The position numbers and the translations under genes are program-made. The notes below the pieces were generated by a model. That model ran no database searches and was not told the origin of the DNA. It was given only the letters and a program-made list of their open reading frames with translations. A stretch of 64,000 nt of DNA from the human T2T-CHM13v2.0 reference genome, Homo sapiens, in the NCBI RefSeq assembly GCF_009914755.1, contig NC_060937.1; one strand, written 5' to 3'. Positions 1 to 17,665 of this stretch are shown here, piece after piece. Each line of letters starts with the position of its first letter. The stretch's first letter is position 1.

Positions 1-58
1 ATGAGCAATTTAATTCAGATGGTTAGGAGGCTAATATTTACAATTAATAATTAGGCTG

Positions 59-1950
<1,892 letters not shown>

Positions 1951-3619
1951 AATAGATGTAAACCCAATTCCACCATCTGCAGAAGTCTAAGGCTCTTCCC
2001 CAAAATTTCTGTAAACCCACAGGCTGGTAGTGGGGACATGATGTGACTTTGTCCCCTCTACTTTCTGGACTTCCAACTTCCTGAATACTGGTCCTAGGCT
2101 ATGTCATGTCAGTCAAGATGTGGAACTCAGCACTTTGTTCAAGTTTCACAAATCTGACAACCAACAAGTCAACTCTCCTCTAAGGCAGTTACTACTCTTC
2201 CATGCTATTTTTATCTTCCAACATTTTGTTAATGATTCCTAACTGCTGTTGTCACTTCTCTGTATTCATTGCCCGTTTTACTTTTTGTGTCCCTCACTGT
2301 CATTTTGTGGCATTTTGGTAGGGGAAATCCATAAGTGTATGGATGTAAGATACCACTTTAACTGGAAACCTTTTCCTCTGTAACTCCTTTTTTATAAAGG
2401 AGATATTATGATAATTTCCCAGATACTCTTATCTTCTCAAACGCTGTCCTTTGATTAAATCTCAGAGAATACCAAGGTTTTAAGCAGTTTAAAAGTGCAA
2501 TATATTATTTTATTTTGCTTTTTTTTTGTAGAATAGGATTTATTATGAAAGAAGAAACAAAGGTGATATATTTGTGTTTCTATTATGTGATACGGGTTTG
2601 CACAGATTCTATCATTTAAAAATTCAGAGCAACTCCATGGGGGAAAATTAAGGATCAGAGAAGCCAATTACTTTGCCTGAGACAGGAGAGTAAATAAGTA
2701 GCCTATTTAAGTCAAGGTTTTCTGATTCCCAAGTTCATTCTCTTTCACTATATTCTATTTGCTCTTAGGAGTAAACTACTTCTCTAAAGTTGAGTAATTA
2801 TTAATTTACTAGAGCATAATAAATATAATTTAAAATAAAACATATATTTAAGCATGAGAAGAAAATGAAAAATACAGTATCACAATGCTTTTGTTATGCC
2901 TTCAGTTTCATCGCCTTTATTGAATATTTAAATCCATTAATCTTGTTCCCTTGTTTCTATAGATTTTAGTAATGACTTTCCCTGTTCTATTGCAGTATAG
3001 TCTGGTTTCCAGATATTTTATCTTGATTGTCTCTTACTCATCCTATTAATGGTATACTGCCAGATATTACAAAATTGCATAAAATTCTGAAAGCATGTAA
3101 GATCTATATGCCAACAAACTCTTTGAGTTTATGGATAATACAGAGACAAAGTAGTTAACAAAGAAATAAGTAAAAATCACTTCCCTCTGATGAAGTTGAA
3201 AATACTCAAAATATCAGAGTATTTGAAAAAGGCTAAAGACTTAAATGACATAGAAAAAATGACTTTGAATAAAATATTTTTAAACATATTTAAAAGCACA
3301 TGAATATCAAGTAAATTAAAAATATAATGAATTATTTATGGATGACTTTGATTTATAATTTAAATCATAAACCTTGATTTTCCAAGTTTTCCTGCTTAAT
3401 AATTTGACTATTTGATTATTATGGTGATTATCCAATTAAAAGTTTAAATACTATTATAAAAACAAAACATGCCAATGCTGAGAAAAAAATAAGAAATATA
3501 AATGAATAGCATTGAAAACATAAGTCCCAATGCCCCAAAGTAACCATGGTTAGTATTTTGGTATACACATTTTTATATATATCAAATAGACATATACTAG
3601 ATTTTCAAATATGTGTATA

Positions 3620-4349
3620 TATCTTAGTTTTTGGGGGCTGCTATAAGAGAATACCATAGACTGAGTGGCTTATAAACAACACAGATTTACTTCTCATAGC
3701 TCTGGAGGCTGGGAATTTCAAGATCAAGGGGCTGGCAGATTTGGTGTATGGTAAGGGCCTAGTTCCTGGTTCATAGATATCTGTCTTCTTGCTCTGTCAT
3801 CACATGGCAGAATGAGGAAGGGAGCTCTCTGGGGTCTCTTTTATAAGAATCCCATTCATGAGGACCTGTATTAGTCTGTTTTCACACTGCTGATAAAGAC
3901 ATACCCGAGACTGGGTAACTTACAAAATGAAGAGGTTTATTGGAGTTACAGTTCCACATGGCTGGGGAGGCCTAACAATCATGGCGGAAGGCAAGGAGGA
4001 GCAAGCACATCTTATATGGGTGGCAGGAGGCAAAAAGAGAGCTTGTGCAGAGAAACTCCCATTTTTAAAACCATCAGATCTTGTGAGACCCATTCACTAT
4101 CACAAGAACAGCAAGGGAAAGACCCACCCCCATGATTCAGTCATCTCCCACTGGGTCCCTCCCACAACACGTGGAAATTATTGGAGCTAAAGATGAGATT
4201 TGTGTGGGGACACAGAGCCAAACAATATCACAGCCACACTCTCATGACTTAATCACCTCCCAAAGACTGTACTTCCAAATACCATCACATTGAGGGGTTA
4301 GGTTTCAACATATGAATTTTGGGGAGATACAAACATTCAGTCTATAGCA
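3620..4349 (-). mobile_element. MLT1A-type MaLR solo LTR, split by a THE1A LTR
   Basis: tatcttag...gctgctataa...accatagactg...ctggaggctgggaa and aaacattcagtctatagca termini; 5-bp TSD gtata at 3615-3619 and 4350-4354. Confidence 0.9.
3867..4230 (-). mobile_element. THE1A-like solo LTR nested in MLT1A
   Basis: tgtattagtctgttttcacactgctgataaagacatacccgag...ggggacacagagccaaacaatatca. Confidence 0.92.
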
Positions 4350-4689
4350 GTATATTTGTGAGTCAGCACTCATATTCCAAGGTGAAATTATATCATATAT
4401 ACTTTTTTGAAACTTTGCTCTCTTAGCTTATCAAAAAATGTTTAAAGTGGGTTGAATACTGAAAACTCTGAAAGTATACTTAATTGAAAAGTATTATTTA
4501 AAATATTCTTCAATCTTAAACAATGATACTAAAATAATATATATTTAAAGAAAGCAAACTCCTTAGAAAATGTCTTGACTTTGAATGAGAGATGTAGCAA
4601 AAATATATGATAAAGGATAAGTGACCTTTCTTCTTATTTTTAGATTTTTGGCATTTTTAAAGATCATTATCAGATACCAAAATACCTAA

Positions 4690-5135
4690 TGTTTTCAAAA
4701 TGGGCAACATTTGGCTTAAAAACAGCTCACATAAAAAAAGGAATCATGGCTTTAGCTAACAACAAAACTTACTGTTAGTATAACGTAGTATGAATTAGAT
4801 GTGAGAGATGCTAATATAAAATTAGACTGCATTTAAAGAATGGAGGTATTGAGAGCAAAGGTAGATATTATTTCCCAGGCCCTTCAATTGTGAAAACATG
4901 TCTGGTAGAAAATGTTCAGTCCAATGAGCCATATTGTTAGACGAATAGTGGCAATTATGGCTTATATAAAGGAGGGCAGACAGGATGGCATTGTACTGGA
5001 AATTATGCCATGTGAAGACTGGCTGAAGTAGGGGTATTTAGTTCATTAAATGAGTTTTGTTGGTACACTGACAGGCAAAATAGATCAATGGAATTTATAG
5101 GAAAGCAAGTTTTAACTCAGTAGAAGGAGGACATG
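4690..5135 (+). mobile_element. L3/CR1 LINE ORF2 3' remnant
   Basis: Degenerate CR1 motifs (gctaatataaaattagactgcatt; ctggtagaaaatgttcagt; ggaaattatgccatgtgaagactggctgaag; gcaagttttaactcagtagaagg). Confidence 0.6.
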
Positions 5136-5981
5136 AAGTTCTATTTATTAAGTGCCTGCTCTGTGTCACGCCCAGGAGATATGATAGGCATATTTGATCA
5201 AGGTGGAATTTCAAATAAATTTGCAAAAAGATGGATCAACCATGACAAATATGCTACAGACAACTGACTATAAACATATATCTAATTCAGTTCTTCACAT
5301 CTTCCTGTAAAAGTAACATAAAAATATAAAGGATTTAAATGTAAAAAACTCTATGTCAATGTGCTATATACAATCACAGCCATTCCATAAATTTAACCCA
5401 TTTTAAACATAGGCAGCTGAGGATCTGGGCTGGGACATTAAGGAATTTGCCCCCCAAAAAGCATCATTAGGTTAGAAAACAGCAGAGCTCGAGTTAGCCC
5501 TGGCCTGACCTCAAAGCTTGTGTTCCCCATCCCATACTATAATCCATAAGATAATCAAATCCAAATGTGTCATAGACAGTCTGGTAAAATGTTATAAAGG
5601 CTTTTTGAGCCTTGAAGGTTGAGACAAAGACTGGAATACCAGTTCACAGTTGATACTGGAATCTTTCCTGTAAGAAGCAGGAGTAGCATAAGGCTACCAC
5701 TAATATTCCCTATAAGTCTTAAATTTATTATTCTAATGCCCCAAAATTGCAGGTATAGTAGTGAGCACTTCTTGAATATTTTATTATTAAATTGAAAATA
5801 TAAAGGATGCAATCCTCAGAGCTCATACCAGGTCAAACTACTACATAACTGTTGCAAACAAAAAAAAACTTTTGCAAACAAACTTGGGTTCACTGTGAGA
5901 CTATCTCAAAATATTCTATGAAGTTACTTCAATTAGGTCTTTAAAAGTGCTCATAAAGAAGGCTTAACATATTCATATTTT

Positions 5982-6289
<308 letters not shown>

Positions 6290-7081
6290 AACATATTCAT
6301 ATTTTAAGGATCAAATAGTGAGATAGTCATATTTGCATAGGCATTCTTATGAAAAGTTTTACTGTTTAAAAAGTTATGCTATAATAGATATTCATGAAAA
6401 GTTGATGTGATTAATAACCTAATTTTAGAATTCTGGGAAAGCAATATTTCATTTTGAGACCTTGTTTTTCATGTTACATTAGGACAATATTAATATAACA
6501 CTAAATGCTCAAAAGAGTTTTATATTAAACTATTACTAATCATATTTCTTAACTCTTTCTAAAGTAACATTTTTATTCAAAGCCATTTTAGTCACATGGG
6601 AATACTAAAAATTAGTCATGATCTATTTTATTATAATCTTTGTATATGCTTTATATTGGGCATTGGACCAGGTATCTAGTTTACCTGGATTTCTGGTACT
6701 TATATCAGATGTATCTAAGAAGCTTGAGTACACAAGATTACTCTTTAGATATAAAATGAATTAATAATTTAGTTGTAGTATTTCTGATCCTACCTGGTAA
6801 TAAATGTCATTACCTAAGCAAGCCAATATGGTTTGTCATTATCACTTGTATATCACCATTTCTACATAATTTCTAATGATATTTGAAGTATTTACCTCAT
6901 ATATTTTCCTCTGTTTATACATTCTTACATATAAAACATACTATATATAAAGTTTTGTTTCATTTTTGTTTTATCATGTTAAATATTCTTTGGAAAAATA
7001 TTTCACAGCTATAGAAAATTATGTACATATATTATTATTATTATGAAAGTCATGCTATTTCCATTGTTTAATTATAAATAC

Positions 7082-7350
7082 AATAATCATAGCTATCATT
7101 TGTATTGTGCAATCATTTATATTGTGTGTATTTTGTGTAAGAGCTGCTCTAATGTTTTAGATATATCATCTTGTTTAATGCACGGAACAAGCTCATAGAT
7201 AGATGCTGTTATTTTCACATCTACACATATGAAAACTGAGCACAGAAACGTTATGTGATTTGCCCCAAGATATCCAGCTGGGAAGCTGCAAAATTTGGTT
7301 TTGTAACCATGCTGTCTGGTTCCAGAGTCCCCACTGATAACCATAATGCC
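7082..7350 (-). mobile_element. MIR
   Basis: MIR core gaaaactgagcacagaaacgttatgtgatttgccccaaga...gtctggttccagagtcc. Confidence 0.85.
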
Positions 7351-7398
7351 AGGCAGATTCTTTAAACATGAAGTAGGATAAACATTTATAGATATATA

Positions 7399-7536
7399 AT
7401 TTCTGTCCATATTTTCATTTTTCTTTTGGAAAACATTTCTAAGCATTTATGATAGTCTTGCTGAATACAATATCTGCCCATATTTTAATTTGTCTTTGGG
7501 AAAAAATTTCTAAACATTTATAAAAGTCTTGCTAAA
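7399..7536. repeat. Imperfect tandem duplication, 2 x ~67 bp (period 71)
   Basis: atttctgtccatattttcatttttcttttggaaaacatttctaagcatttatgatagtcttgctgaa versus atatctgcccatattttaatttgtctttgggaaaaaatttctaaacatttataaaagtcttgctaaa. Confidence 0.85.
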
Positions 7537-8039
7537 CTGTTTCCCAGAAAGGTTGTGTTAATTTATATCCCACCAAGATTGTTCCACAGATTCCAGCTTC
7601 ACTGTATCCCTTCCATAATGGATATAACTATTTTTAGATTTTTGCTAATTTTACTGAAAAAGTTTCTATTAATTAATATTTGTTGCTACTTTTGAGGAAG
7701 TTAACTTTTTCCGTTGTTTTATTAACTAATTTTATTTTGTGGGTTATTAGTTCATTTAATGTCTTTCTATCCTACTGGAGAATTAATGAGGCTTATCTTA
7801 TTCATTGTGTATTATATTTTGCATAACTAGATACCAGTATTTTCCTTTGATTTTTTTATACTGTACTGCTTTTACACATGGAAAGGTTTTGCCACCCTGA
7901 AATCAGCTCTTTATTTTAGTATGATCCTTTCTAGGCTATTTATATTAATTTAAAAATAACATTTTATCTATTTAGGTTAAATTTGAGTTTGTAGTTAAAT
8001 GATTGTCTCAGAAGCATTTCCTTTCTTGATACAGAATTC

Positions 8040-9850
8040 CAATATGATGTTTCTTTTTCCCTCTTCGGTACTTTAAAGATGCCTTTCTATTGTTTTCTGG
8101 CCTCAATTATTTCAGTGAGAAGATAGCTGTAATTCATATATATTTTTCCCTATATGGAATGCATTCTGTTTTTCTCTAACTGCTTTTAGTATATTTTCTT
8201 TCTCTTTGGTTTTCAGGAATTTGATAATTATATGTCCATTATTTGGCTTCTCTTAATTTTATGGCTGATATTTTTGGCTCTCTGGGTTGATACATTTCTT
8301 TTGGTTTGGAAAATTCTCATTCTTTTTTTTCTGCTTCCTTTTCTCTTTCTCCCTTTGCACCAATTACAAGTGTTTTACTGTTTAACAATGTCTCACAAAC
8401 CTCAGGCTTTGCTCATCTTCCTCCCCACTCCCCCAGCATTGTTTTCTTCTTTGAGTTTCAGCGCGGCTGATTTCAAATGACTTATCTTTAAGTTCGTTGA
8501 TCTTTTCATCTGCTCTTTCCACTCTGATATCAAGACTATTGTATGAATTCTTCATTTCTGATCACATATTTTCCATTTATAGTATTTCCATATGGTTTTT
8601 TTTTCAACTCTTATAAAATTTCCCATCTCTTCATGCATGTTATCTACCCTTTCTATTATATTACTTAACATATTTGTCATAGTGTCTTGTATGATAATGT
8701 ATACATCTTGGGCGTATATGAACCTTCTTCTATGGACTATATACTTGGATGATGGTGGGCCTTTTTTTGTCATGTCTCATAATTTTTAATTTTATAAAAG
8801 AAACTATATATAAAAGAATAGGGGAGACTGAAATAAATGAGAATGTACCCCCACAAAGGAGAATATCCCTTCTCCAGTTAAGCTATTAATGTGGGAGTCT
8901 GAGTCAATGTAACCTGTGGTAGAACTGGGTTTAGGTTTAGTGTTAGTTAGATGGAAATCACCACAGGCTTTAAATATATTTTTTGCCAACAGATCAGGAT
9001 CTTTTCATTAGCAGAGCTTGTGATCAAGATTCCATCATCGCAACTCCAGAAATCGCTCTATGTTTTACATCGAAACTACCAAAGTTCACGAGGCTAATTC
9101 CACAAAGCAAATTTCTCTGCTTTACGTAGTGCAGCTGGTAGTATTTGGAGAACTTGGAAGTTCTTTTACTTCCTCTGTCCTTCCCGTAGCTTTCTGCACC
9201 TTTGGAGATCTCTTTCTGTCCTATTCTTCTGTCTCCAGTCATCAGAGGGCAACTCCAGTGCACTTGAAGTCCTAGAGTATCTTGGGGGGATTTTTTCAGC
9301 TTTCCTCTCATGCTCAGCATTTGTAGAGCAGCTCCTGTGCATTTCGTGAAGCCCTGGCATACTTTGAGGGATTCTCTCAGCTATTCTGCCCTGCTCCTGA
9401 TTTGTACTGGGCCATGTCCCTGCACTTGGCAAAGGCCCTGCACACCTCGAGGTGGGTCACTTTCAAACCTCCTGCCCTTCCCTGGCCTTTGGTGTATAGG
9501 CCCTTAACGCTTGGTAGAGGTCTCTTGGCTGGGGCTCCTCAGTATGGTAATCTCTCATGAGAGCCTGTAAATGGCTGTTAAAGGTATGCTGAAAGTCCAT
9601 CTGGATTATTCTTGCCTTCATTAATGGTGGAATCATCTTCTTGCTGTGTTTCAAGGATTCAAACAGCTGTGGGTCTGTTGTCTTCTAGGAGGGTCTAATT
9701 TTCTAGTACCATTAGGGTTTTTTGCATACTAAGTTCTGTGATGTGTGTTTTAATCTATAGTTTTACAGCTTATCCAGCTTGTTTCTCATTATTATTAAGG
9801 GTAGAAAAAAGTTTTTCTTGATAACTTTTTACATCTTAACCAGATACAGG
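8040..9850 (-). mobile_element. Ancient L1M (MD/ME-like) 5' portion: ORF1 remnant and 5'UTR
   Basis: ORF1-type motifs (ttttctggcctcaattatttcagtgagaagatagctg; tgacttatctttaagttcgttgatcttttcatctgc); minus-strand coiled-coil-like peptide (ERVDNMHEEMGNF); L1M 5'-end-like motif near 9830. Confidence 0.65.
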
Positions 9851-9896
9851 TCTCATATTTATTTTCTTCACATTACACTTTTAAAAAAATCATTGT

Positions 9897-10039
9897 TATT
9901 ATTTAAGCTCCAGGGTACATATGCAGGTTTGTTACATAGGCAGGCTGGTTACATAGGTAAACGTGTGCCATGGTGGTTTGCTGCACCTATGAACCCATCA
10001 CCTAGGTATTAAACCTGACATGCATTAGCTCTTTTTCCT
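9897..10039 (-). mobile_element. L1PA (older, ~PA8-13) extreme 3' end
   Basis: gggtacatatgcaggtttgttacatagg...gtgtgccatggtggtttgctgcacctat...cctaggtattaa. Confidence 0.88.
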
Positions 10040-11450
<1,411 letters not shown>

Positions 11451-11820
11451 AACGTTATTTCTAAAAACATCAACAATTATAAAAAAAATCCATCTAGGAA
11501 GTAAAAAGTAACTGAGATTTTATCACCCAGTGGAATCCAATGTTAATATTTTAAAGAAAAGTCTTTCAAAATATGTACAATATTATACTTATCTCCTCAT
11601 ATCTCTATTCTCATCTGTAAGCTCTGGCTTAGTTTTACTTGCTCTAGGAGGTCTTTCTTTTGTAACTCCTCTTACCTGGATTGGTCACCATTATTTTTAT
11701 CTAATGCTCACAGTTTTTATATCTCATACTTTCTATATTCTTATTGACAGCTTTCTATGTATTTCACTTTAAGGTCAAAAATAAATAAAATAAAGTCTAG
11801 AACTAAAGAATACTTTATAT

Positions 11821-12028
11821 CTGCGCTATTTAAAACCATAGCCACTAGCCTCATGGAATCATTTACATTTTAAGTGATATTAGTTGAAAATTAAATAATA
11901 CTAAAATTCACTTTCTCAGTTGTGTTAAACCACCTTTCAGGTGTTCATGTGGCTAGGGGCTACTGTATTGGACAGTGCAGATACAGAACATTTCTGTATT
12001 CACAGAATGTTTTAGTAGACAGAATTAC
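11821..12028 (-). mobile_element. MER3 (hAT-Charlie DNA transposon fossil)
   Basis: agccactagcc...atgtggctaggggctactgtattggacagtgcagatacagaacatttc palindromic MER3 motifs. Confidence 0.85.
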
Positions 12029-12269
12029 TTAAAAATGCATAATTGAGACTTCTTAGAGTCGCACTATAGTTATCTTGTTGATATTTTACCAGATATCAAC
12101 TTCATGCTGTAATTTGACCTTAAACAATCTACTTTTATGCAAACTTGTTCATTTTTTTTAAAGCAATTGAGATTAACAATAGATGACCTGTATTAGGAAA
12201 CTTCAAAAAACTAAATGTACATTTTTTTTGAATGGAGCATTCTTTATGGCAGGGGCTCAAAGAGAATGG

Positions 12270-12430
12270 GAATTAATAAGCCTCTACTTTGTGCCAGGCA
12301 TCTTCCTCTTGAGATGACATTCAGTCCTTGAATAACTGCATGAATTAGGCTATGTTTTCTTCATTTTACATAAAAGGCTACAGAGGCTAACAGTGGTTAA
12401 ATAACTTGCCTAAGGTCATAAAGTTTTGTT
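12270..12430 (-). mobile_element. MIR fragment
   Basis: ctactttgtgccaggca...cattttaca...gttaaataacttgcctaaggtcat. Confidence 0.7.
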
Positions 12431-12661
12431 TGACCCCAAATCCCTGTAGTTTTATCTTATTTGAATCTGTGTTTTCCATAAAAATACCTTTCTATGGTAC
12501 ATGAGTCAAATCTCTGTCTTCCTCTCATGATGACAATTATGATGGCATTTAGACCCCACCAAATAATCCAGGATAAATGTGAAAAAGCTTTGTTTGTACT
12601 ATGATATTCCTCATCTCCCATTTGGGATAGTCTTCTGTACTTTTAAACAGCACTGACCATC

Positions 12662-14906
12662 TGTTTTGTTTTCACGCTTCTGATAAAGACATACCCAAGC
12701 CTGAGAAGAAAAAGAGGTTTAATTGGACTTACAGTTCCATATGGCTGGGGAGGTCTCAGAATCATGGCAGGAGGTGAAAGGCACTTCTTCATGGCAGTGG
12801 CAAAAGAAAAATGAGGAAGAAGCAAAAGAGCAAACCCCTGATAAACCCATCAGATTTTGTGAGACTTATTCACTATCAGGAGAATAGCACAGGAAAGACT
12901 GGCCCCCCATGATTCAATACCTCCCCCTTGGTCCCTCCCACAACACGTGGGAGTTCAGGGAGATACAATTCGAATTGAGATTTGGATGGGGACACAGCCA
13001 AACTATGTCATTCCACCCCTGGCGGAACCAATTATGCCTCCCCAGCAGTCCCCCAAAGTCTTAACTCATTTCAGCATTAACCCAAAAGTCCACAGTCCAA
13101 AGTCTCATCTGAGAGAAGGCAAGTCTCTTCTGCCTATGAGTCTGGAAAATCAAAAGCAAACTAGCTAGTACCTGGATACAATGAGGGTACAGGTATTAGG
13201 TAAATACAGCTGTTCCAAATGGGAGAAATTGCCAAAACAAAGAGATTACAGGGCCCATGCAAGTCCAAAATCCTGTGGGGCAGTCAAATTTTAAAGCTCC
13301 AAAATGACCTCCTTTGACTCAAGTTCTCACATCCAGGTCATGCTGATGCAAGAGGTGGGTTTCCATGGTCTTGGACAGCCCCACTCCTGTGGCTTTGCAG
13401 GGTACAGCCTCTCTCCTGGCTGCTTTCATGGGCTGGCATTGAGTGTCTGTGGGTTTTCCAGGTGCAAGTTGCAAGCTTTTGCTGGATCTACCATTCTGGG
13501 GTCTGGAAGACGGTGGCCCTCTTTTCAGAGCTACACTAGGGAGTGCCCCAACAGGGACTCTGTGTGGGGGCTCTGACCCCACATTTCCCTTCTGCACTGC
13601 CCTTGCAGATGTTCTTCATGAGGGCCCTGCCCCTGTAGCAAACTTTTATCTAGGCAGCCAGGCAGTTCCATACATCATCTGAAATCTAGGCAGAGGTTCC
13701 CAAACCTAAGTTCTTGACTTCTGTCCACCCACAGGCTCAACACCATGTGGAAGCTGCCGAGGCTTGGGGCTTCCACCCTCTAAAGCCACAGCCCGAGCTG
13801 TACGTTGTCCCCTTTCAGCCACAACTGGAGCAGCTAGGACACAGGGCACTAAGTCTCTAGGCTGCACACAACATGGGGACCCTGGATCTGGCCCATGAAA
13901 CCATTTTTTCTTCCTGGACCTCTGGGCCTGTGATGGGAGAGGCTGCCTTGAGAGTCTCTGACATGGCCTGGAGACATTTTCCCCATGGTCTTGGGGATTA
14001 AGATTAGGCTCCTTGCTACTTATGCAAATTTCTACAGCCAGCTTGAATTTCTCCCCAGAAAATGGGTTTTTCTTTTCTACTGCATAGTCAGGCTGCATAT
14101 TTTCCAAACTTTTATGCTCTGCTTTCCTGATAAAACTGAATGCCTTTAACAGCACCCAAATCACATCTTCAGTGCTTTGCTGCTCAGAAATTTCTTCCAC
14201 CACGCAAAGTGAATCATCTCTCTCAAGTTCAAAGTTCCACAGATCTCTAGGGCAGGGGCAAAATGCTGCCAGTCTCTTTGCTAAAACATAACAAGAATCA
14301 CCTTTGCTCCAGTTCCCAAAAACTTCCTCATCTCCATCTGAGACCATCTCAGCCTGGACCTTATTGTTCATATCATTATCAGCATTTTGGTCAAAGCCAT
14401 TCAACAAGTATCTAGGAAGTTCCAAACTTTCCCACATTTTCTTTTCTTCTGAGCCCTCCAAAGTGTTTCAATTTCTACCTGTTACCCAGTTCCAAATTGC
14501 TTCCACATTTTCCAGTATCTTTTCAGCAATGCCCCACTCTACTGGTACCAATTTTCTGTATTAGTACATTTTCATGCTGCTCATTAAGACATACCTGAGA
14601 CTGAGAAGAAAAAGTTTAATTGGACTTACAGTTCCCCATGGGTGAGGAGGTCCCAGATCATGGCAGGAGGCGAAAGGCACTTCTTACATGGTGGTGGCAA
14701 GAGAAAAATGAGGAAGAAGCAAAAGTGGAAATCTCTGATAAACCCATCAGATCTTGTGAGACTTATTTACTATCATGAGAATAGCACAGGAAAGACTGGC
14801 CCCCATAATTCAATTACCTCCCCCGGGCCCCTCCCACAACATGTGGGAATTCTGGGAGATACAATTCAAGTTGAGATTTCGGCGAAGACACAGCCAAACT
14901 ATATCA
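12662..14906 (-). mobile_element. Full-length THE1 (THE1C-like) MaLR provirus: LTR 12662-13010, internal 13011-14556, LTR 14557-14906
   Basis: Two similar LTRs flanking THE1-int; aattggtaccag next to the 5' LTR and a polypurine tract next to the 3' LTR; 5-bp TSD ccatc (12657-12661, 14907-14911). Confidence 0.95.
13319..14461 (-). pseudogene. MaLR (THE1-int) internal ORF remnant
   Basis: The 251-aa ORF (MWESLELPR...GNWSKGDSCYVLAKRLAAFCPCPRDLWNFELERDD) and the 92-aa ORF are in the same frame, separated by three in-frame stops. Confidence 0.8.
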
Positions 14907-15096
14907 CCATCTTATAGCAAAATGATATAGTGGTGGATGTAATCATTCACACTGTTATAGGGTCCTTTACATTACACAAGGAACACAGAATTTTAAAAAT
15001 AGCTTAAATTATTCATTTGTACATAATTCAAAAGCTTAACTGTTTTAAGAAACATCCAATTAGATATCAAGTAGCATGTATAAGAAAGAAAATTAT

Positions 15097-15285
15097 TAGG
15101 TATTCTGGCACATGCCTATAGTCCCAGGTACTTATGAGGCTGAGGCAGGGGGAACGTTTTAGCTCAGGAGTTTGAGGTTGCAGTGAACTATGATCACATC
15201 ATTGCGTTCCAGCGTGGGCAACAGAGTAAGACCCCCATCTCAAACAACAACAACAATAGTAACAAAAAACAAAAGAAAGAAAATC
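15097..15285 (+). mobile_element. Alu monomer (FRAM/FAM or AluJ right arm)
   Basis: gcacatgcctatagtcccagg...ctcaggagtttgaggttgcagtgaactatgatc...gacccccatctc followed by an A-rich tail. Confidence 0.85.
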
Positions 15286-15340
15286 TAAAATTACATGACA
15301 ATTCGTATTTAAATAATTTATTTTAAAAGTTTATTTCTAA

Positions 15341-15732
<392 letters not shown>

Positions 15733-16215
15733 CAATTTCAGCTTTCTAAAGAGGCAGTAGTAGTCAGGCTAAACAATGAGCAAATTGTAAATCTGCAAGC
15801 AGTTCTCACATCATCTGACTTTAGTCTTGATACTCTTCCCACTGTGCCATGTCCTTACAACATTTTAATGGCATTTTACTATCCTGGAGATCTAGTTTGA
15901 AATACGGGACGTGTGAAAGGAATTCATTAACGTTCATAATGTTTTCCGTGAATTAGCTAAAGTGGAATATTTATTTGTTTCCTTTTTTTCTGGAAGCAAT
16001 TGGCCTATTGAAAGTAATTAGTGACTTGTATTCAAGTATCCTATTGTACAGTGTCTTGGGATAGATGAGCAATGTCCAATCACTGTACCTTATGCCTCTA
16101 TTTATTCGTTATCCCTGCACCAGTGGGAAGTAAATAAAAACTGAATCATGACCCTTTTCTTTCTTTATTTGTACATTTGTATCTTAAAGGAACTATTTAT
16201 ATATTTATGATATGG

Positions 16216-16586
16216 TGATATGGTTTGGCTCTGTTTCCCCCACCCAAATTTCATGTTGAATTATGACCCCCCAGTGTTGGAGCAAGGGCCCCTTGGGAGG
16301 TGACTGAATCATGGGATCGGACTTTCCTCTTGCTGTTCTCATGAGAGTGAGTGAGTTCTCTTGAGATCCGGTTGTTTAAAAGTATATAACACTCCCCACT
16401 TCGCTCTCTGTCTCCTTCTTCGGCCATGTGAAGATGTGTCTACTTCCCCTTTGCTTTCTGTCATGATTGTAAGTTCCCTGAGGCCTCCCCAGCCATGTGG
16501 AACTACGAGTCAATTAAACTTCTTTTGTTTATAAATTATCCAGTCTCAGGTATGTCTTTATAGCAGTGTGAGAATAGAATAATACA
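16216..16586 (+). mobile_element. MSTA-like MaLR solo LTR
   Basis: tgatatggtttggctctg...aataataca; TSD tatgg on both sides. Confidence 0.92.
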
Positions 16587-17172
16587 TATGGGGATTATAT
16601 ACTCATTAAAGATAGGAGCCAGTGAATTCATAATGAGGATTTGTATATTGGGCAGGTTACTGTTTACTTTTAGCCAAAGCTGGAATGATTTTTATAGGAA
16701 GGTAATCACTTTGTAATTGCAAACTCATTTTGGTTAACTCTAGAGTACATTAGGTTGAAAATGGAAAAAAAAAATAGTTCCAAGGAAAAAAAGAACTTAT
16801 CAAAAAAAATCAGTGAAACAGAATTTATCAAAGAAAATGTAATAAAATAAGATTTAGAAAAATTGGAGGTCTAGGAGCACAATAAATAGAAATTGCTAAT
16901 GAAAGATATGTTGACTTACTGGGGATGGATGGAGGCAAGCTAGAGATTTGATCCTGCAATCCAGTCATACTGGAAATAGTGGAACCATAAAAAAAAATTT
17001 ATAAAATGGTCCCTTGGCTTACAGAGATCCATACATTCACAACTTGATATGGGGTGAAATATAAATTGATTTTAAAGATGTTAAATGTGTGAATGAAAAA
17101 TAAAAAGGGTTATAGAGGTTTAAATGATTATTAGATAAATTGCTTTCATAAATATTAAGAAAATGATAGGTG

Positions 17173-17665
17173 TGTGGTGGTCATGTATCACCTTGGCTAG
17201 TTTCCTGGTCCCCAGATGTGTGGGTAAACATCAGTCTAGATCTTGCTTTGAAGGTATGTTTTGGACATGATTGACATTTAAATCCATAGACTTTGAATAA
17301 AGTAGATTACACTTCATAATTTGGGTGGGCCTCAGACAATCACTTGCAGGCCTTAAGAGAGAATGAGGTTCAACAAGGAAGAAGAAATTCTGTCACTATA
17401 CTGCCTTCAGGCTTATGACTGTAGCATCAACTCTTCTCTGAGCCTCCAGCCTGCAAGACTGCCTTTATAGATTTCCAACTTGTCGCTTACTAGAATCCCA
17501 TAAGATAATTCCTTAAATCTATTTCCATATATATATATGTGTGGGTATATATGTGTGTATATATATGTGTGTATATATGTATATATATGTGTGTGTGTGT
17601 ATGTGTGTGTGTGTGTATGTATATATATATATGTTTTGTTTCTCTGGAGTACCCTGACTAATATA
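17173..17665 (+). mobile_element. MLT2 (C/D-like) ERVL solo LTR with internal (TA)/(TG) microsatellite
   Basis: agactttgaataaagtagattac...gggtgggcctca...gtttctctggagtaccctgactaata; microsatellite 17527-17632. Confidence 0.88.

Noticed and set aside
7399-7536. Short tandem duplications at 7399-7536 and 30426-30494 as functional elements
   Set aside because: Ordinary two-copy slippage duplications in or near decayed LINE sequence; listed as features only.
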